Positions 16,612 to 25,384 of a stretch of 64,000 nucleotides of DNA are shown piece after piece. Origin of the DNA: Kiritimatiellia bacterium (lineage in GTDB: Bacteria; Verrucomicrobiota; Kiritimatiellia; RFP12; UBA1067). Location: NCBI GenBank assembly GCA_017962315.1, contig JAGCVN010000096.1:199-64198 (forward strand), written 5' to 3'. The translations under genes were made by a program, and so were the position numbers. How positions within the stretch are numbered: the stretch's first letter is position 1; every line of letters starts with the position of its first letter. The notes below the pieces were generated by a model. It saw only the letters and a program-made list of their open reading frames with translations. It did no database searches and had not been told where the DNA came from.

Positions 16612-17931
16612 ATGACACAAGAAAAGTATGTGGCGGGATACCGGGCGTTTTTAACCCAGGGGAAGACGGAACGCAAGGCGTATGAGGCGGCGGTGCGTCT
16701 CCTCGAAAAGGCAGGGTTTAAGCCCCTTTCCGGCAAGAAGAAACTGAAGGCGGGCGACCGCGTCTATCGCGGCTATCACGGGAAGACCCTGTTCGCCGCC
16801 GTGATCGGGAAAGCCCCCACCGCACAGGGGTTGCGTGTCGTCGGCGGACACACGGACGCGCCCCGGCTCGACTTGAAACCGAATCCGCTTTACACGAAGG
16901 GGGATGTCACCTTCTTCGACACGCATATGTATGGTGGCATCAAGAAGGTCCAGTGGCTCGTCCTTCCCCTCGCCCTTTACGGCACGGTGGTGAAGAAGGA
17001 CGGCACGAAGGTTGACATCGCCGTCGGCGATAATCCGGACGACCCGGTTTTCCTGATTTCCGACATCCTCCCGCATTTCGGGAAGGAACAGCAGGAGAAA
17101 CCGCTAAAGGACGCCGTCGCCGCCGAAGACCTTGATGTGATCGCCGGGCTGGGTGACATCGAGGCGCTTCTCAAAGAGCAGTACGGCGTGGAAAAAGACG
17201 ACCTCCTCAGCGCGGAACTTGAAATCGTCCCCGCCGGGGCGCCCCGTGAGACGGGGCTGGACCGCGCGTTGCTCGCCGCCTACGGACATGACGACCGCGT
17301 CTGCGCCTATGCCGGGCTTTCGGCCCTGCTGGAGACGGCCGCCGGGAAGCCCCCCGCGAAGACCTGCGCGGTGGTGCTGTGCGACAAGGAGGAAATCGGC
17401 AGTGTCGGCGCGAGCGGGATGGACAGCACGTTCTTCGAGAACACCGTCGCCGAACTGATCGAGCGGGAGACGACGTGCGGTGCGCGCGACATCGACGTTC
17501 GCCGCGCCCTTGAAGCCTCGCAGATGTTGAGCGCGGACGTCTGCGCCGCCAGCGATCCGCATTTCCCGAACGCCGATTCAATCGGCAACGCGGCGCGTCT
17601 CGGCCACGGACCTTGCGCGATCAAATACACGGGGGCGGCATCCAAGTCCGGCGCGAACGACGCGCGGGCGGAGTTCGTCGCCGCCATGCGCCGCGTGCTC
17701 GACGATGCCGGCATCCCCTGGCAGATGGGCGAACTCGGCCGTGCCGAAAAGGGCGGCGGCGGGACGATCGCGAAGTTCATGGCGCGGTTCGGCATGGACG
17801 TCCTGGATTTCGGAACGCCGTTACTGAACATGCACGCGCCTTGGGAACTCGCCGCGAAGGAAGACTGTTACAACACCCAGCGGGCCTACCGGGCCTTCTT
17901 CGCGGCCTCGGAAGCGGCACTCCGCCTTTGA
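16612..17931 (+). CDS. M18-family aminopeptidase
   Basis: VVGGHTDAPRLDLKPNP and the overall length fit M18 aspartyl/aminopeptidase 1. An RBS precedes the ATG at 16612. Confidence 0.75.
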   Translation: MTQEKYVAGYRAFLTQGKTERKAYEAAVRLLEKAGFKPLSGKKKLKAGDRVYRGYHGKTLFAAVIGKAPTAQGLRVVGGHTDAPRLDLKPNPLYTKGDVTFFDTHMYGGIKKVQWLVLPLALYGTVVKKDGTKVDIAVGDNPDDPVFLISDILPHFGKEQQEKPLKDAVAAEDLDVIAGLGDIEALLKEQYGVEKDDLLSAELEIVPAGAPRETGLDRALLAAYGHDDRVCAYAGLSALLETAAGKPPAKTCAVVLCDKEEIGSVGASGMDSTFFENTVAELIERETTCGARDIDVRRALEASQMLSADVCAASDPHFPNADSIGNAARLGHGPCAIKYTGAASKSGANDARAEFVAAMRRVLDDAGIPWQMGELGRAEKGGGGTIAKFMARFGMDVLDFGTPLLNMHAPWELAAKEDCYNTQRAYRAFFAASEAALRL

Positions 17932-17942
17932 AAGGGAAAACG

Positions 17943-19262
17943 GTGAAAACACATGTGACCAAACGCGAATTCCTCGGATTTGCCGTCAGCGCGGCGGTTG
18001 CCCCCCTTGCCGGGTTCCCGGCGGTTCTGAAACGGCGGCATCCGAACGAACTGCTTTCCCATGCCGCGATCGGTTGCGGTAACCAGGCGCGGTACGACCT
18101 CGGACAGCTGGCAAACCACCGCGACATCCACATCACGGCGCTCTGCGATGTCGATTCGCGGTATCTCGACGCGGTGCGGAAACAGTTCCCCGACGCCCGC
18201 GTCTACCGTGACGCCTTTGAAATGTTTGCGAAGGAAGGCGACCGTATCGACTCCGTGAACGTCTCGACGCCCGACCACACGCACGCGCAGTACATCCTCG
18301 AGGCGTTGAAACGGGGACTGAACGTCTACGCGCAGAAACCGCTCTGCCACGACCTCGCCGACTGCCGCCGCATCGCGGAACTCGCCGCCGGAAAAAAGGC
18401 GGTCACGCAGATGGGCACGCAGATTGCCGCATGGGAATGCGACCGCCAGACGGTTGCCGCGCTCGCGTCGGGCAAGATCGGCGAGATACGTCGCGTGTGG
18501 CTCTTCTCCACGCGGCGCACTGAGCCGCGAGCGGACTACTTCAAATGGCCGTTGCCCGAACTGCCCGTTCCGAAGACGCTCGATTGGAAGCTCTGGCTCG
18601 GCCCCGTGAAAGAACGTCCGTACGGCGAGGGCTACCACCCCCGCGCATGGCGCAAATGGCGTGCGTTCGGGACGTCGTGGCTCGGCGATCTGGGGCTTCA
18701 CCTGATGAGTCCGGTCTGGCTCGGCATGAACCTCGGCGCGACGCGCCCGCTGGACGTGACGGCGGAGGTGGCGGCGGACGATTGGACGGACGCGCAACGT
18801 GAACAGTTCTGGCCGTCGATGTCGCACGTCACGTGGACGATGCCCGGCGTCAAGGCGAGTGGCATGAAACCCTTCACCGTGGAATGGTGCGACGGCTTCG
18901 GCCACGTCGCGTTCCGCCTGCCGCCAAAGTTTCTGCCGCCCGCGTTCCTTCAGGATGTCGCCGCACGCACGCCGATGAAACGCCTACCCGCGCAGGGGCG
19001 CGTGGTCGAAGGCACGGAAGGGTGGCTGTTCTCCACGCACTACGGCGTCGCGCCGTGCTATGCGATGAAGGATGGTTCCGCGCCTAACGTTCCGAGTGTC
19101 GATCCCGCCCCTTCGCACTATCACCAGTACATCGACTGCTGCCTTGGCGGTGGGACGACACGCAGCGCCTTTTCGATGGCGGCCCCCATGACCGCATGGG
19201 GGTTCATGGGCAACCTCGCCCAGTTGCGGCCGGGTGAACGGCTCGACTGTTCGAAACTGTAA
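17943..19262 (+). CDS. Gfo/Idh/MocA-family oxidoreductase with Tat-like leader
   Basis: A GTG start at 17943 gives VKTHVTKREFLGFAVSAAV. GCGNQARYD...STPDHTHAQYILEALKRGLNVYAQKPL is the family signature. Confidence 0.8.
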   Translation: MKTHVTKREFLGFAVSAAVAPLAGFPAVLKRRHPNELLSHAAIGCGNQARYDLGQLANHRDIHITALCDVDSRYLDAVRKQFPDARVYRDAFEMFAKEGDRIDSVNVSTPDHTHAQYILEALKRGLNVYAQKPLCHDLADCRRIAELAAGKKAVTQMGTQIAAWECDRQTVAALASGKIGEIRRVWLFSTRRTEPRADYFKWPLPELPVPKTLDWKLWLGPVKERPYGEGYHPRAWRKWRAFGTSWLGDLGLHLMSPVWLGMNLGATRPLDVTAEVAADDWTDAQREQFWPSMSHVTWTMPGVKASGMKPFTVEWCDGFGHVAFRLPPKFLPPAFLQDVAARTPMKRLPAQGRVVEGTEGWLFSTHYGVAPCYAMKDGSAPNVPSVDPAPSHYHQYIDCCLGGGTTRSAFSMAAPMTAWGFMGNLAQLRPGERLDCSKL

Positions 19263-19274
19263 GGAGTGACCGCC

Positions 19275-20441
19275 ATGAAACGGAAAACTTGTCTTCTGGC
19301 GTTCGCCGGGTTCGCTGCGTTCGCCGTTTGCGCCGAACCTTCGGGCGACCGTCCGGACGAGACCCACGCCTGGGCCGTACACGATGTGAACCGCCCCGAT
19401 CCCGTGAAAGTCGACGCCCCCGCCGGCAAGCCGCCGAGCGACGCGCTCGTCCTCTTCGACGGTACGCTTGAAAGCGTCCGGAAGAACTGGACGGCAGGCG
19501 ACGGGAAGCCGACGAAGTGGACTGTCAAGGACGGGGAATTCATCTGCACGCCCGGTTCCGGCGGCGTCGCCACGAAAGAGTCCTTTGCCGACTGCCAGCT
19601 CCATATCGAATGGAAGACGCCCGTTGACGACCGCTACGGCTGGGGCAACTCCGGTGTCTTCCTCATGGGCAAGTACGAAATCCAGATCCTCGATTCCTCT
19701 GCGGTGCAGCTTTCGAGCTCGCCGTGGAAGCCGGCGAACTACGCCGACGGCCAGGCGGGCGCGGTGTACGGCGAGAACCCGCCCCTTGTGCAACCGTGCC
19801 GTAAGCCGGGCGAATGGCAGAGTTACGACATCGTCTTCCACCCGCCAGTCTGGGAAGGGAAACGTCTGGTCGATTCCGGATCCGTGACGGTGTTTTTCAA
19901 CGGTGTCCTCGTACAGGATGATTTCCCGTTCCAGGGGCATACCGGCTGGTGTCGGCGCTGCCCGCATCCGAAAGCGACGAAAGGCCCGCTCGCGTTGCAG
20001 GACCACGGCCATCCCGTCCCGTTCCGCAACATCTGGATCCGCCGGATTCCGTCGCGTTGCGCGGACACCGTGAACGGCGGTCCGTGGGTCAAACGCGGTG
20101 ACGTCGCCGCGCTACGCCACAAACTTGCTAAGGAATCGCTCGCCTTTGCGGACGAAACGAAAGACCCCGCCGAACGTTTCATCCGCCTGTGGGAGTCGTT
20201 CTGTTACGAACCGGACGAGGCGTTGCGGAAACGCCTTGACGAGTCCGGGGCGGCCTGCGTGGAGGCGGTCAAGGCGGCGAAGGGATCGTTCGCCGACCCC
20301 GTGCGTTTCCGGGCTTTCAAGCGGTTCGTGGATATGCTGGTTGCAAGCGGCTGGCTGCCGAAGGACGCGCCGGTGAAAAAGGCGGTCGATGCGCAGAAGA
20401 CCCCGCCCAAGCCGACGGCACCGCACCTCCGCGACCTGTAG
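19275..20441 (+). CDS. DUF1080 (3-keto-disaccharide hydrolase-like) domain protein
   Basis: AAGGAG lies 8 nt upstream of the ATG at 19275, and a signal peptide is present. Motifs: WTVKDGEFICTPG, GNSGVFLMGKYEIQILDS, LALQDHGHPVPFRNIWIRRI. Confidence 0.75.
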   Translation: MKRKTCLLAFAGFAAFAVCAEPSGDRPDETHAWAVHDVNRPDPVKVDAPAGKPPSDALVLFDGTLESVRKNWTAGDGKPTKWTVKDGEFICTPGSGGVATKESFADCQLHIEWKTPVDDRYGWGNSGVFLMGKYEIQILDSSAVQLSSSPWKPANYADGQAGAVYGENPPLVQPCRKPGEWQSYDIVFHPPVWEGKRLVDSGSVTVFFNGVLVQDDFPFQGHTGWCRRCPHPKATKGPLALQDHGHPVPFRNIWIRRIPSRCADTVNGGPWVKRGDVAALRHKLAKESLAFADETKDPAERFIRLWESFCYEPDEALRKRLDESGAACVEAVKAAKGSFADPVRFRAFKRFVDMLVASGWLPKDAPVKKAVDAQKTPPKPTAPHLRDL

Positions 20442-20609
20442 GACGGGGAGAAAAAACAAAAGAATCGATGATTGTTCACAAACCGCCGATGGCAAATGTC
20501 CCGCGTTTGTATCTGCGGTGTCCTTTGCCATGGGTAAATTTCCTTGGGAGGGGACGGTGGTTTGTGGTAGACTGTGGACATCACGTTCGATCTAGGAGAA
20601 ACACAACCG

Positions 20610-21539
20610 ATGAAATCTTTTTGCCCGGTTCTTTTGTCGGCGGTCTGCGCCATGTTCGCAGCCGTCTCCACCGCCGCCTCCGAAATCAAAGGCGAATTGC
20701 CCTCGCCGCTGCTTGTGGCCGCCACCGCGCGCGCCATGCTCGTGGGGACTGACGGGAAGATTCTCTGGGAACTGCGAAAGTGCGGCAACATTCACCGCGT
20801 CTGGCTCAAGGACGAGTGGGTGTATTTCTCGAACAATAACCTTTGGCGCGTCAACGTCCTCTCCGGCAAAAAGGAATTCCTCTACAGCCCCTGCCCGAAA
20901 GACGGACTTTTCGGGTTCGAGATCCTGCCGGACGGGAACATCGTGATTGCCGAAAACGGGACGGGGTACATCACGGAATTCGCAGCGGGCACGACGAACG
21001 CCGTTGTCCGGTTCAAGGGCGATCCCCGTACCGCCCAAGGAAAAATTCCGGGGCTTCATAACCGCTACCGTATGATCCGCAAAACCCCTGCGGGGACGTA
21101 CCTGGTCTGTTGTTCGGGCGCGAACGCGGTGCGCGAGTACGACGCAAAGGGAAAACTCCTGTGGGAACAGTACGCACCCCGCCTCAAGAGCGGACATTCC
21201 CCGTTGACCTTCGAGGCGTTGCGCCGGAAGAACGGCAACACGATCATTTCCCATCTTGGCGGTATCACCGAGTATACGCCTGACCACCGCGCGGTCTGGT
21301 CGTTCACCATCGGGGACTTCCCCGAATTGAAGCTCGACAACCTCTGCGGCATCCAGGAACTTCCGAACGGGAATCTGGTGGTTGGGACGTATGCGAACGG
21401 CCGTCCTGACGGTTCGCGGGTCACCGCGTTTGAGATCACCCGCGATAAGAAGATCGTCTGGAGTTACGCGCCGACGCACGACCGGAACATGATGACCGCG
21501 TTCAGGATCGAGGCCGCAGAGTGGCCCGCGAAAAAATGA
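20610..21539 (+). CDS. secreted protein, probable beta-propeller repeat fold
   Basis: The signal peptide is MKSFCPVLLSAVCAMFAAVSTAAS. Strand-rich segments of ~45 aa repeat. No catalytic motif was recognised. Confidence 0.4.
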   Translation: MKSFCPVLLSAVCAMFAAVSTAASEIKGELPSPLLVAATARAMLVGTDGKILWELRKCGNIHRVWLKDEWVYFSNNNLWRVNVLSGKKEFLYSPCPKDGLFGFEILPDGNIVIAENGTGYITEFAAGTTNAVVRFKGDPRTAQGKIPGLHNRYRMIRKTPAGTYLVCCSGANAVREYDAKGKLLWEQYAPRLKSGHSPLTFEALRRKNGNTIISHLGGITEYTPDHRAVWSFTIGDFPELKLDNLCGIQELPNGNLVVGTYANGRPDGSRVTAFEITRDKKIVWSYAPTHDRNMMTAFRIEAAEWPAKK

Positions 21540-22150
21540 GGTTCTCCAAGCATACGTGCGGGTGTTTTATGCCGACTTTCGGCATCTCGCCGGAACATGG
21601 ATTTTTCTTTGCCGCCTTCCCGTTTGATTGAAACGAAGCCCGCCGCCCGCGTTCCGCACGGGAATGTACATGAGGGTAAGTTTCTGAAAACAACATGAAC
21701 AACTTGAAAACAACGTTTGCTTCTTCCGCGCACAACCATGCGCGGTTATGAAAACGCCGCGTTGTTGCGCGGCGAGGGAAGGATGTTGTCTTTACAAGTT
21801 GTTTCGGTTGTCACCAATCGAACTTACAGGTAAGACGCGAAGACGCAAGGAACGCAAAGGACAGGCTGTCGCCGGCGCTGTTTCCGGGAGGGGCAACGTC
21901 CCTGTTGCCTTCGTTCCGGCGGGACGGTCGCTTTCTCTCTGTGTCTCTCGTCTATAACTTCACCCCACGGCTTACCGGGGACAGTATAGCAAGTTATCCG
22001 AATCGACTCACTCGCGCCGAGGCGCGAGGAGGGGCGTTCAAAAAACGCGAGAGGTCTCCCGCCCGTTGCATTCCCGGAGAAATCGTCGTTTCACACCTCG
22101 AAAATGCCCTTTGCCGGTTGAATCAGATTCACATTCATGCACAAAGTCCC
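21540..22150. repeat. mosaic intergenic repeat, locus 2 (modules A, B-rev, E, G, C, D) = left inverted arm
   Basis: It starts one base after the stop codon at 21537-21539. The module order matches the reverse complement of 25385-26156. Confidence 0.8.
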
Positions 22151-22219
22151 AAAAATGAACGCGACAGCATCCGATGGCCGAAAGAATTTCCATCAAACGA
22201 AAAAAGTCCCCAATTTTGT

Positions 22220-22248
22220 TTGACAGAATTCGTTAACTCTCTGAAAAT
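22220..22248 (+). promoter_or_regulatory. candidate sigma70-type promoter of the 998-aa gene
   Basis: TTGACA (22220-22225), a 17-nt spacer, then GAAAAT (22243-22248). It sits about 80 nt upstream of the start codon. Confidence 0.3.
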
Positions 22249-22326
22249 GGTCGTGTTTGTTTGACTGTCGGAAACGGACGCGCCGCGCCTAATGCAGGGG
22301 CGGCCGTCTAAGAAAGGATGAGCCGT

Positions 22327-25314
22327 ATGAGGAATCGTATTTTTGTAGGCGTCGCCAGTCTCCTGGTGGCATTTTCGTCGTTGGGCGCGAAGTACCCCGC
22401 CGTCAGTAATTCTGGCGCGGTGTACGTAAACCAGTGGACCAGCCAAGTCCCGAAGGCGGTGGCCGCCGCCCGGGAGAACAACGTCCCGATGCTGATCACC
22501 TTTGTAAACCACGGACCGAAAGGAAACTGCGGGCATTGCGCCACATGGGCGGAACGGTGCGTCTCCTCGTCGAGCCACTTTGCAAGCTTCATTGCCGACC
22601 ACCCCATGATCCTGGTCATGGTGAACAAGGCGGATGACGAAAAACTTTTCAACAAATACTACTGGCAATACCTGGGCAACAAAGCGAATAACAAGTACCC
22701 CGGCATGGCCATTTGGAGTGCCACGGGAAAGCTTCTCAGTTCATTGAACGCCCGAAGCGATTGGAGCAAGGTCTACCCGAACGAGGCGAAGTGGCAGGAA
22801 TGGCTCTCCAAATATGTTCCGGCGAAACCCCGGATTTCGACCGTCAACCTCTCCCAGGGGACGACGCTCACAGCGGGAGGAACCTACTCCGGCTCGATCT
22901 CGTATACGGAGGGCGCGGGAAACGTTGTTGTCCGCTTGAGTTCAAGTGATGCGCGGGGCACGTTCAGCCAGACCGAGTTTACGCTGGCAGCCGGCAACGG
23001 TGGCGGCAGTGCCTCCTTTACCTTTAGGCCTTCACTGATGCCGGACATCATCGCGAATGCGACAATCAGCCTCTCGAAGGTTTCCGGTGAGGCCAATCTG
23101 GGTACGCAGTCCATCAACCTCACCATTAAAAATGCGAATGTGAAGCAGACGCTCGCCGAGTACGCCGCGTCCAAGGGGATGCCCACGCTCCTCGCCCCCG
23201 CGAACGATTGGTATCTCGATCAGAACGACGTCCTGCGTAGCGGACCGATTGCGTCCGAAGCTTCCACCGAGCTGGCTTTTACGGCCACGGAATCCGGAGT
23301 GTTGACCATCGGCGACGTCGCTGTTGATGGAATCGGCATCCTTACCGTCCAGATCGATGGTACGGAATCGGCGATTGACGCCGCCAACGTCACGACGATC
23401 GGCCTGACGAAAGGTCAGAGAGTCGTTTTCACCGGTGCGGCCGTGCAACCGCCGGAACCGGATAACCCCGACAACCCGGACAACCCGGACAACCCGGACA
23501 ACCCGGACAACCCCGACAACCCGGACAACCCCGACAACCCGGACAACCCCGACAACCCGGACAACCCGGACAACCCGGACAACCCGGACAACCCGGACAA
23601 CCCCGACAACCCGGACAACCCCGACAACCCGGACAACCCGGACAACCCGGACAACCCGGACAACCCCGACAACCCGGACAACCCGGACAATCCCGACAAT
23701 CCCGACAACCCCGACAACCCCGACAACCCGAACAATCTGATTGTGATCTCCGTTCCCGTTAACGACGATGGTCCCGCAGAGACCGTGTTCAAATTCGGAA
23801 GTCTTTCGTTCGCCCCTTACAGACCTGTCACGCTTACGAAACCTGCCAATGGTGCCGTCATCCAGCTCCGCGACCTCCAGTCGAATCACTCACTGGTCGA
23901 TCTTGCCTGGAATCCGCTAGGCGGTGCTTCCTCCTACACCCTTAACATGGGGGCGGCGGCGAACGGTTTGAGAAACGTCTATGAGGGAGATTGTGTCCCG
24001 CTCAATGCAATCGACCTCGGCGTCGTTGTGACGGACACCGCACAAGGTACGGTCTACGCGGCTGTCGATGCCGTCATTCCCGCCGACACGTTCGACTATG
24101 CCGCCGGCGATGTGACCGTCTACGGGACTATCAACACCTTCAGCATCGTCGCGAAGCCGGTCTTTCCGGCGGATTCGGTGACGTATACCACCGCCTATCA
24201 GAAGCTTCCCGTCTCGATCACCTTTAGGGCGGAGAGCCTGACCCCCGTAAGCTATTCCGCCTCCGGCCTTCCTTCCGGTCTGAAAATGGATGCCGCGTCC
24301 GGCACGATTTCCGGTTCGACCATCCGCACGGGTACGTTTTCGGTCGCGATTAACGCAACCAATCCCAGCGGCACGACGACGCATTGGATGACGCTTGTGG
24401 TCAAAGCTGCCAAGAGTCTGAAGACGAAATGCACGGGGTTGGTCTACTACGGGGACGGACGGACGCTCGCCGGGACGATCGCCCTTAGCGTCTCCGCCAA
24501 CGGAAAAGCAACGGCGAAACTCCTCACCCCCGGAAGGACCAACGTCAAAGGCACGGTCTCGACCAGAGGAGATGCCCTTGTGTTCAACCAAGGCAATCTC
24601 GCCCTCATGCGTCGCGGCGACGGCGTTTGGATCGGAACGTACAAGGGCTACCGCGTTGTGGCCCGGGCGGCGGGTTCCGGAAATACGGGGACGTACACGG
24701 CCACGCTCGTCAACAACGGTATCGCCCGTGGATACGCGACGGTGACGGTCAAGGCCAAAGGCAAGGTTAAGGTGGTGTGCAAGCTGCCCGACACGAAGCA
24801 GGCCTCCATTTCCACGACGGGAATCAATCTGACCCCTGACCAGGCGGCGGCCGCAGGGATTTATTTCCCGGCGGGTGTCGGGGGGACTGCGCTGTACTTC
24901 CCCGTGTTCAAGAGTTCGAGCAGTGTGAAGTTGGCGGGTATCGGCGTTGTCTGCAGCGGCACGTTCTCCATTCCGTCCGCCTCTTGGAAGGGTGCGTACT
25001 CCGTGCCGCTCTCCGCTGCCGGGCGAAAATACACCGCCTCCCTCGGCGGATACGCGGGCAGAACCTTCCTCGTTACCGGGCGGTCGGGAAATATTGTCGC
25101 CTCCTTCACACTTAGCGCGTCCAAGTCGAACGTCTCGGCGGGGGCAAGCAAGACCGCTAAGTTCACGACCAAGAGCAAGACGGGGCTGTTCTCCGCCAGT
25201 GTACGCATCGGGAAGAAAAAGGTGAACCTGAAAGGTGCGCTGGTTCCCGCTGAGACGAGTGCCGGTGCCGTCGGGAAAATCGGCAAAACCTTCTACTACG
25301 GCGGGATTCAGTAA
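22327..25314 (+). CDS. secreted giant protein: thioredoxin-like CGHC domain + (DNP)n spacer + Ig-like domains
   Basis: ATG at 22327 has an AAAGGA RBS (alternative start 22318) and gives the signal peptide MRNRIFVGVASLLVAFSSLGA. VPMLITFVNHGPKGNCGHCATW is thioredoxin_7-like. A DNP tripeptide array follows. SGLPSGLKMDAASGTISG is a putative Ig-domain motif. Confidence 0.7.
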   Translation: MRNRIFVGVASLLVAFSSLGAKYPAVSNSGAVYVNQWTSQVPKAVAAARENNVPMLITFVNHGPKGNCGHCATWAERCVSSSSHFASFIADHPMILVMVNKADDEKLFNKYYWQYLGNKANNKYPGMAIWSATGKLLSSLNARSDWSKVYPNEAKWQEWLSKYVPAKPRISTVNLSQGTTLTAGGTYSGSISYTEGAGNVVVRLSSSDARGTFSQTEFTLAAGNGGGSASFTFRPSLMPDIIANATISLSKVSGEANLGTQSINLTIKNANVKQTLAEYAASKGMPTLLAPANDWYLDQNDVLRSGPIASEASTELAFTATESGVLTIGDVAVDGIGILTVQIDGTESAIDAANVTTIGLTKGQRVVFTGAAVQPPEPDNPDNPDNPDNPDNPDNPDNPDNPDNPDNPDNPDNPDNPDNPDNPDNPDNPDNPDNPDNPDNPDNPDNPDNPDNPDNPDNPDNPDNPDNPNNLIVISVPVNDDGPAETVFKFGSLSFAPYRPVTLTKPANGAVIQLRDLQSNHSLVDLAWNPLGGASSYTLNMGAAANGLRNVYEGDCVPLNAIDLGVVVTDTAQGTVYAAVDAVIPADTFDYAAGDVTVYGTINTFSIVAKPVFPADSVTYTTAYQKLPVSITFRAESLTPVSYSASGLPSGLKMDAASGTISGSTIRTGTFSVAINATNPSGTTTHWMTLVVKAAKSLKTKCTGLVYYGDGRTLAGTIALSVSANGKATAKLLTPGRTNVKGTVSTRGDALVFNQGNLALMRRGDGVWIGTYKGYRVVARAAGSGNTGTYTATLVNNGIARGYATVTVKAKGKVKVVCKLPDTKQASISTTGINLTPDQAAAAGIYFPAGVGGTALYFPVFKSSSSVKLAGIGVVCSGTFSIPSASWKGAYSVPLSAAGRKYTASLGGYAGRTFLVTGRSGNIVASFTLSASKSNVSAGASKTAKFTTKSKTGLFSASVRIGKKKVNLKGALVPAETSAGAVGKIGKTFYYGGIQ
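23461..23730 (+). repeat. 30 tandem copies of a 9-bp unit GACAACCC(G/C), in frame (Asp-Asn-Pro)n
   Basis: Counted unit by unit. Variation is confined to the third base of the Pro codon, plus GAT in unit 1 and AAT in units 26-27. Confidence 0.95.
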
Positions 25315-25343
25315 CCCGTCGCGAAACATCTGGTGTTCCCATT

Positions 25344-25384
25344 TCGATAGCTATCGATTTTACTCGGTAGCTATCGATTTTTTT
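25344..25384 (+). terminator. tandem AT-rich palindromes with T-runs downstream of the 998-aa gene
   Basis: TCGATAGCTATCGA (25344-25357) is followed by TTTT. TCGGTAGCTATCGA (25364-25377) is followed by TTTTTTT. It could alternatively be an operator. Confidence 0.35.

Noticed and set aside
17613-17942. 110-aa N-terminal extension of the Gfo/Idh/MocA ORF
   Set aside because: The extension overlaps the 3' end of the M18 aminopeptidase gene in another frame and is Arg-rich. The GTG at 17943 gives a Tat-like leader directly.
21748-21957. Small ORFs inside the mosaic repeats (MKTPRCCAAREGCCLYKLFRLSPIEL... at 21748, 33853 rev, 51773 rev and ~25890 rev; also MVVRGRSKRCF... and MFLSCPCCFQKL... on the other strand) as a real peptide family
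   Set aside because: Conservation is at the nucleotide level in all frames and on both strands. The reading frames diverge exactly at module borders, and no RBS is evident. I treat them as by-products of the repeat. They remain testable under the module B finding.
23415-23792. Alternative-frame ORFs across the 9-bp repeat: GLSGLSGLS... on the minus strand, and TTRTTRTT... at 23435-23740 on the plus strand
   Set aside because: Any 9-bp tandem repeat is open in several frames. Only the DNP frame is continuous with the flanking signal peptide, thioredoxin-like and Ig-like sequence.
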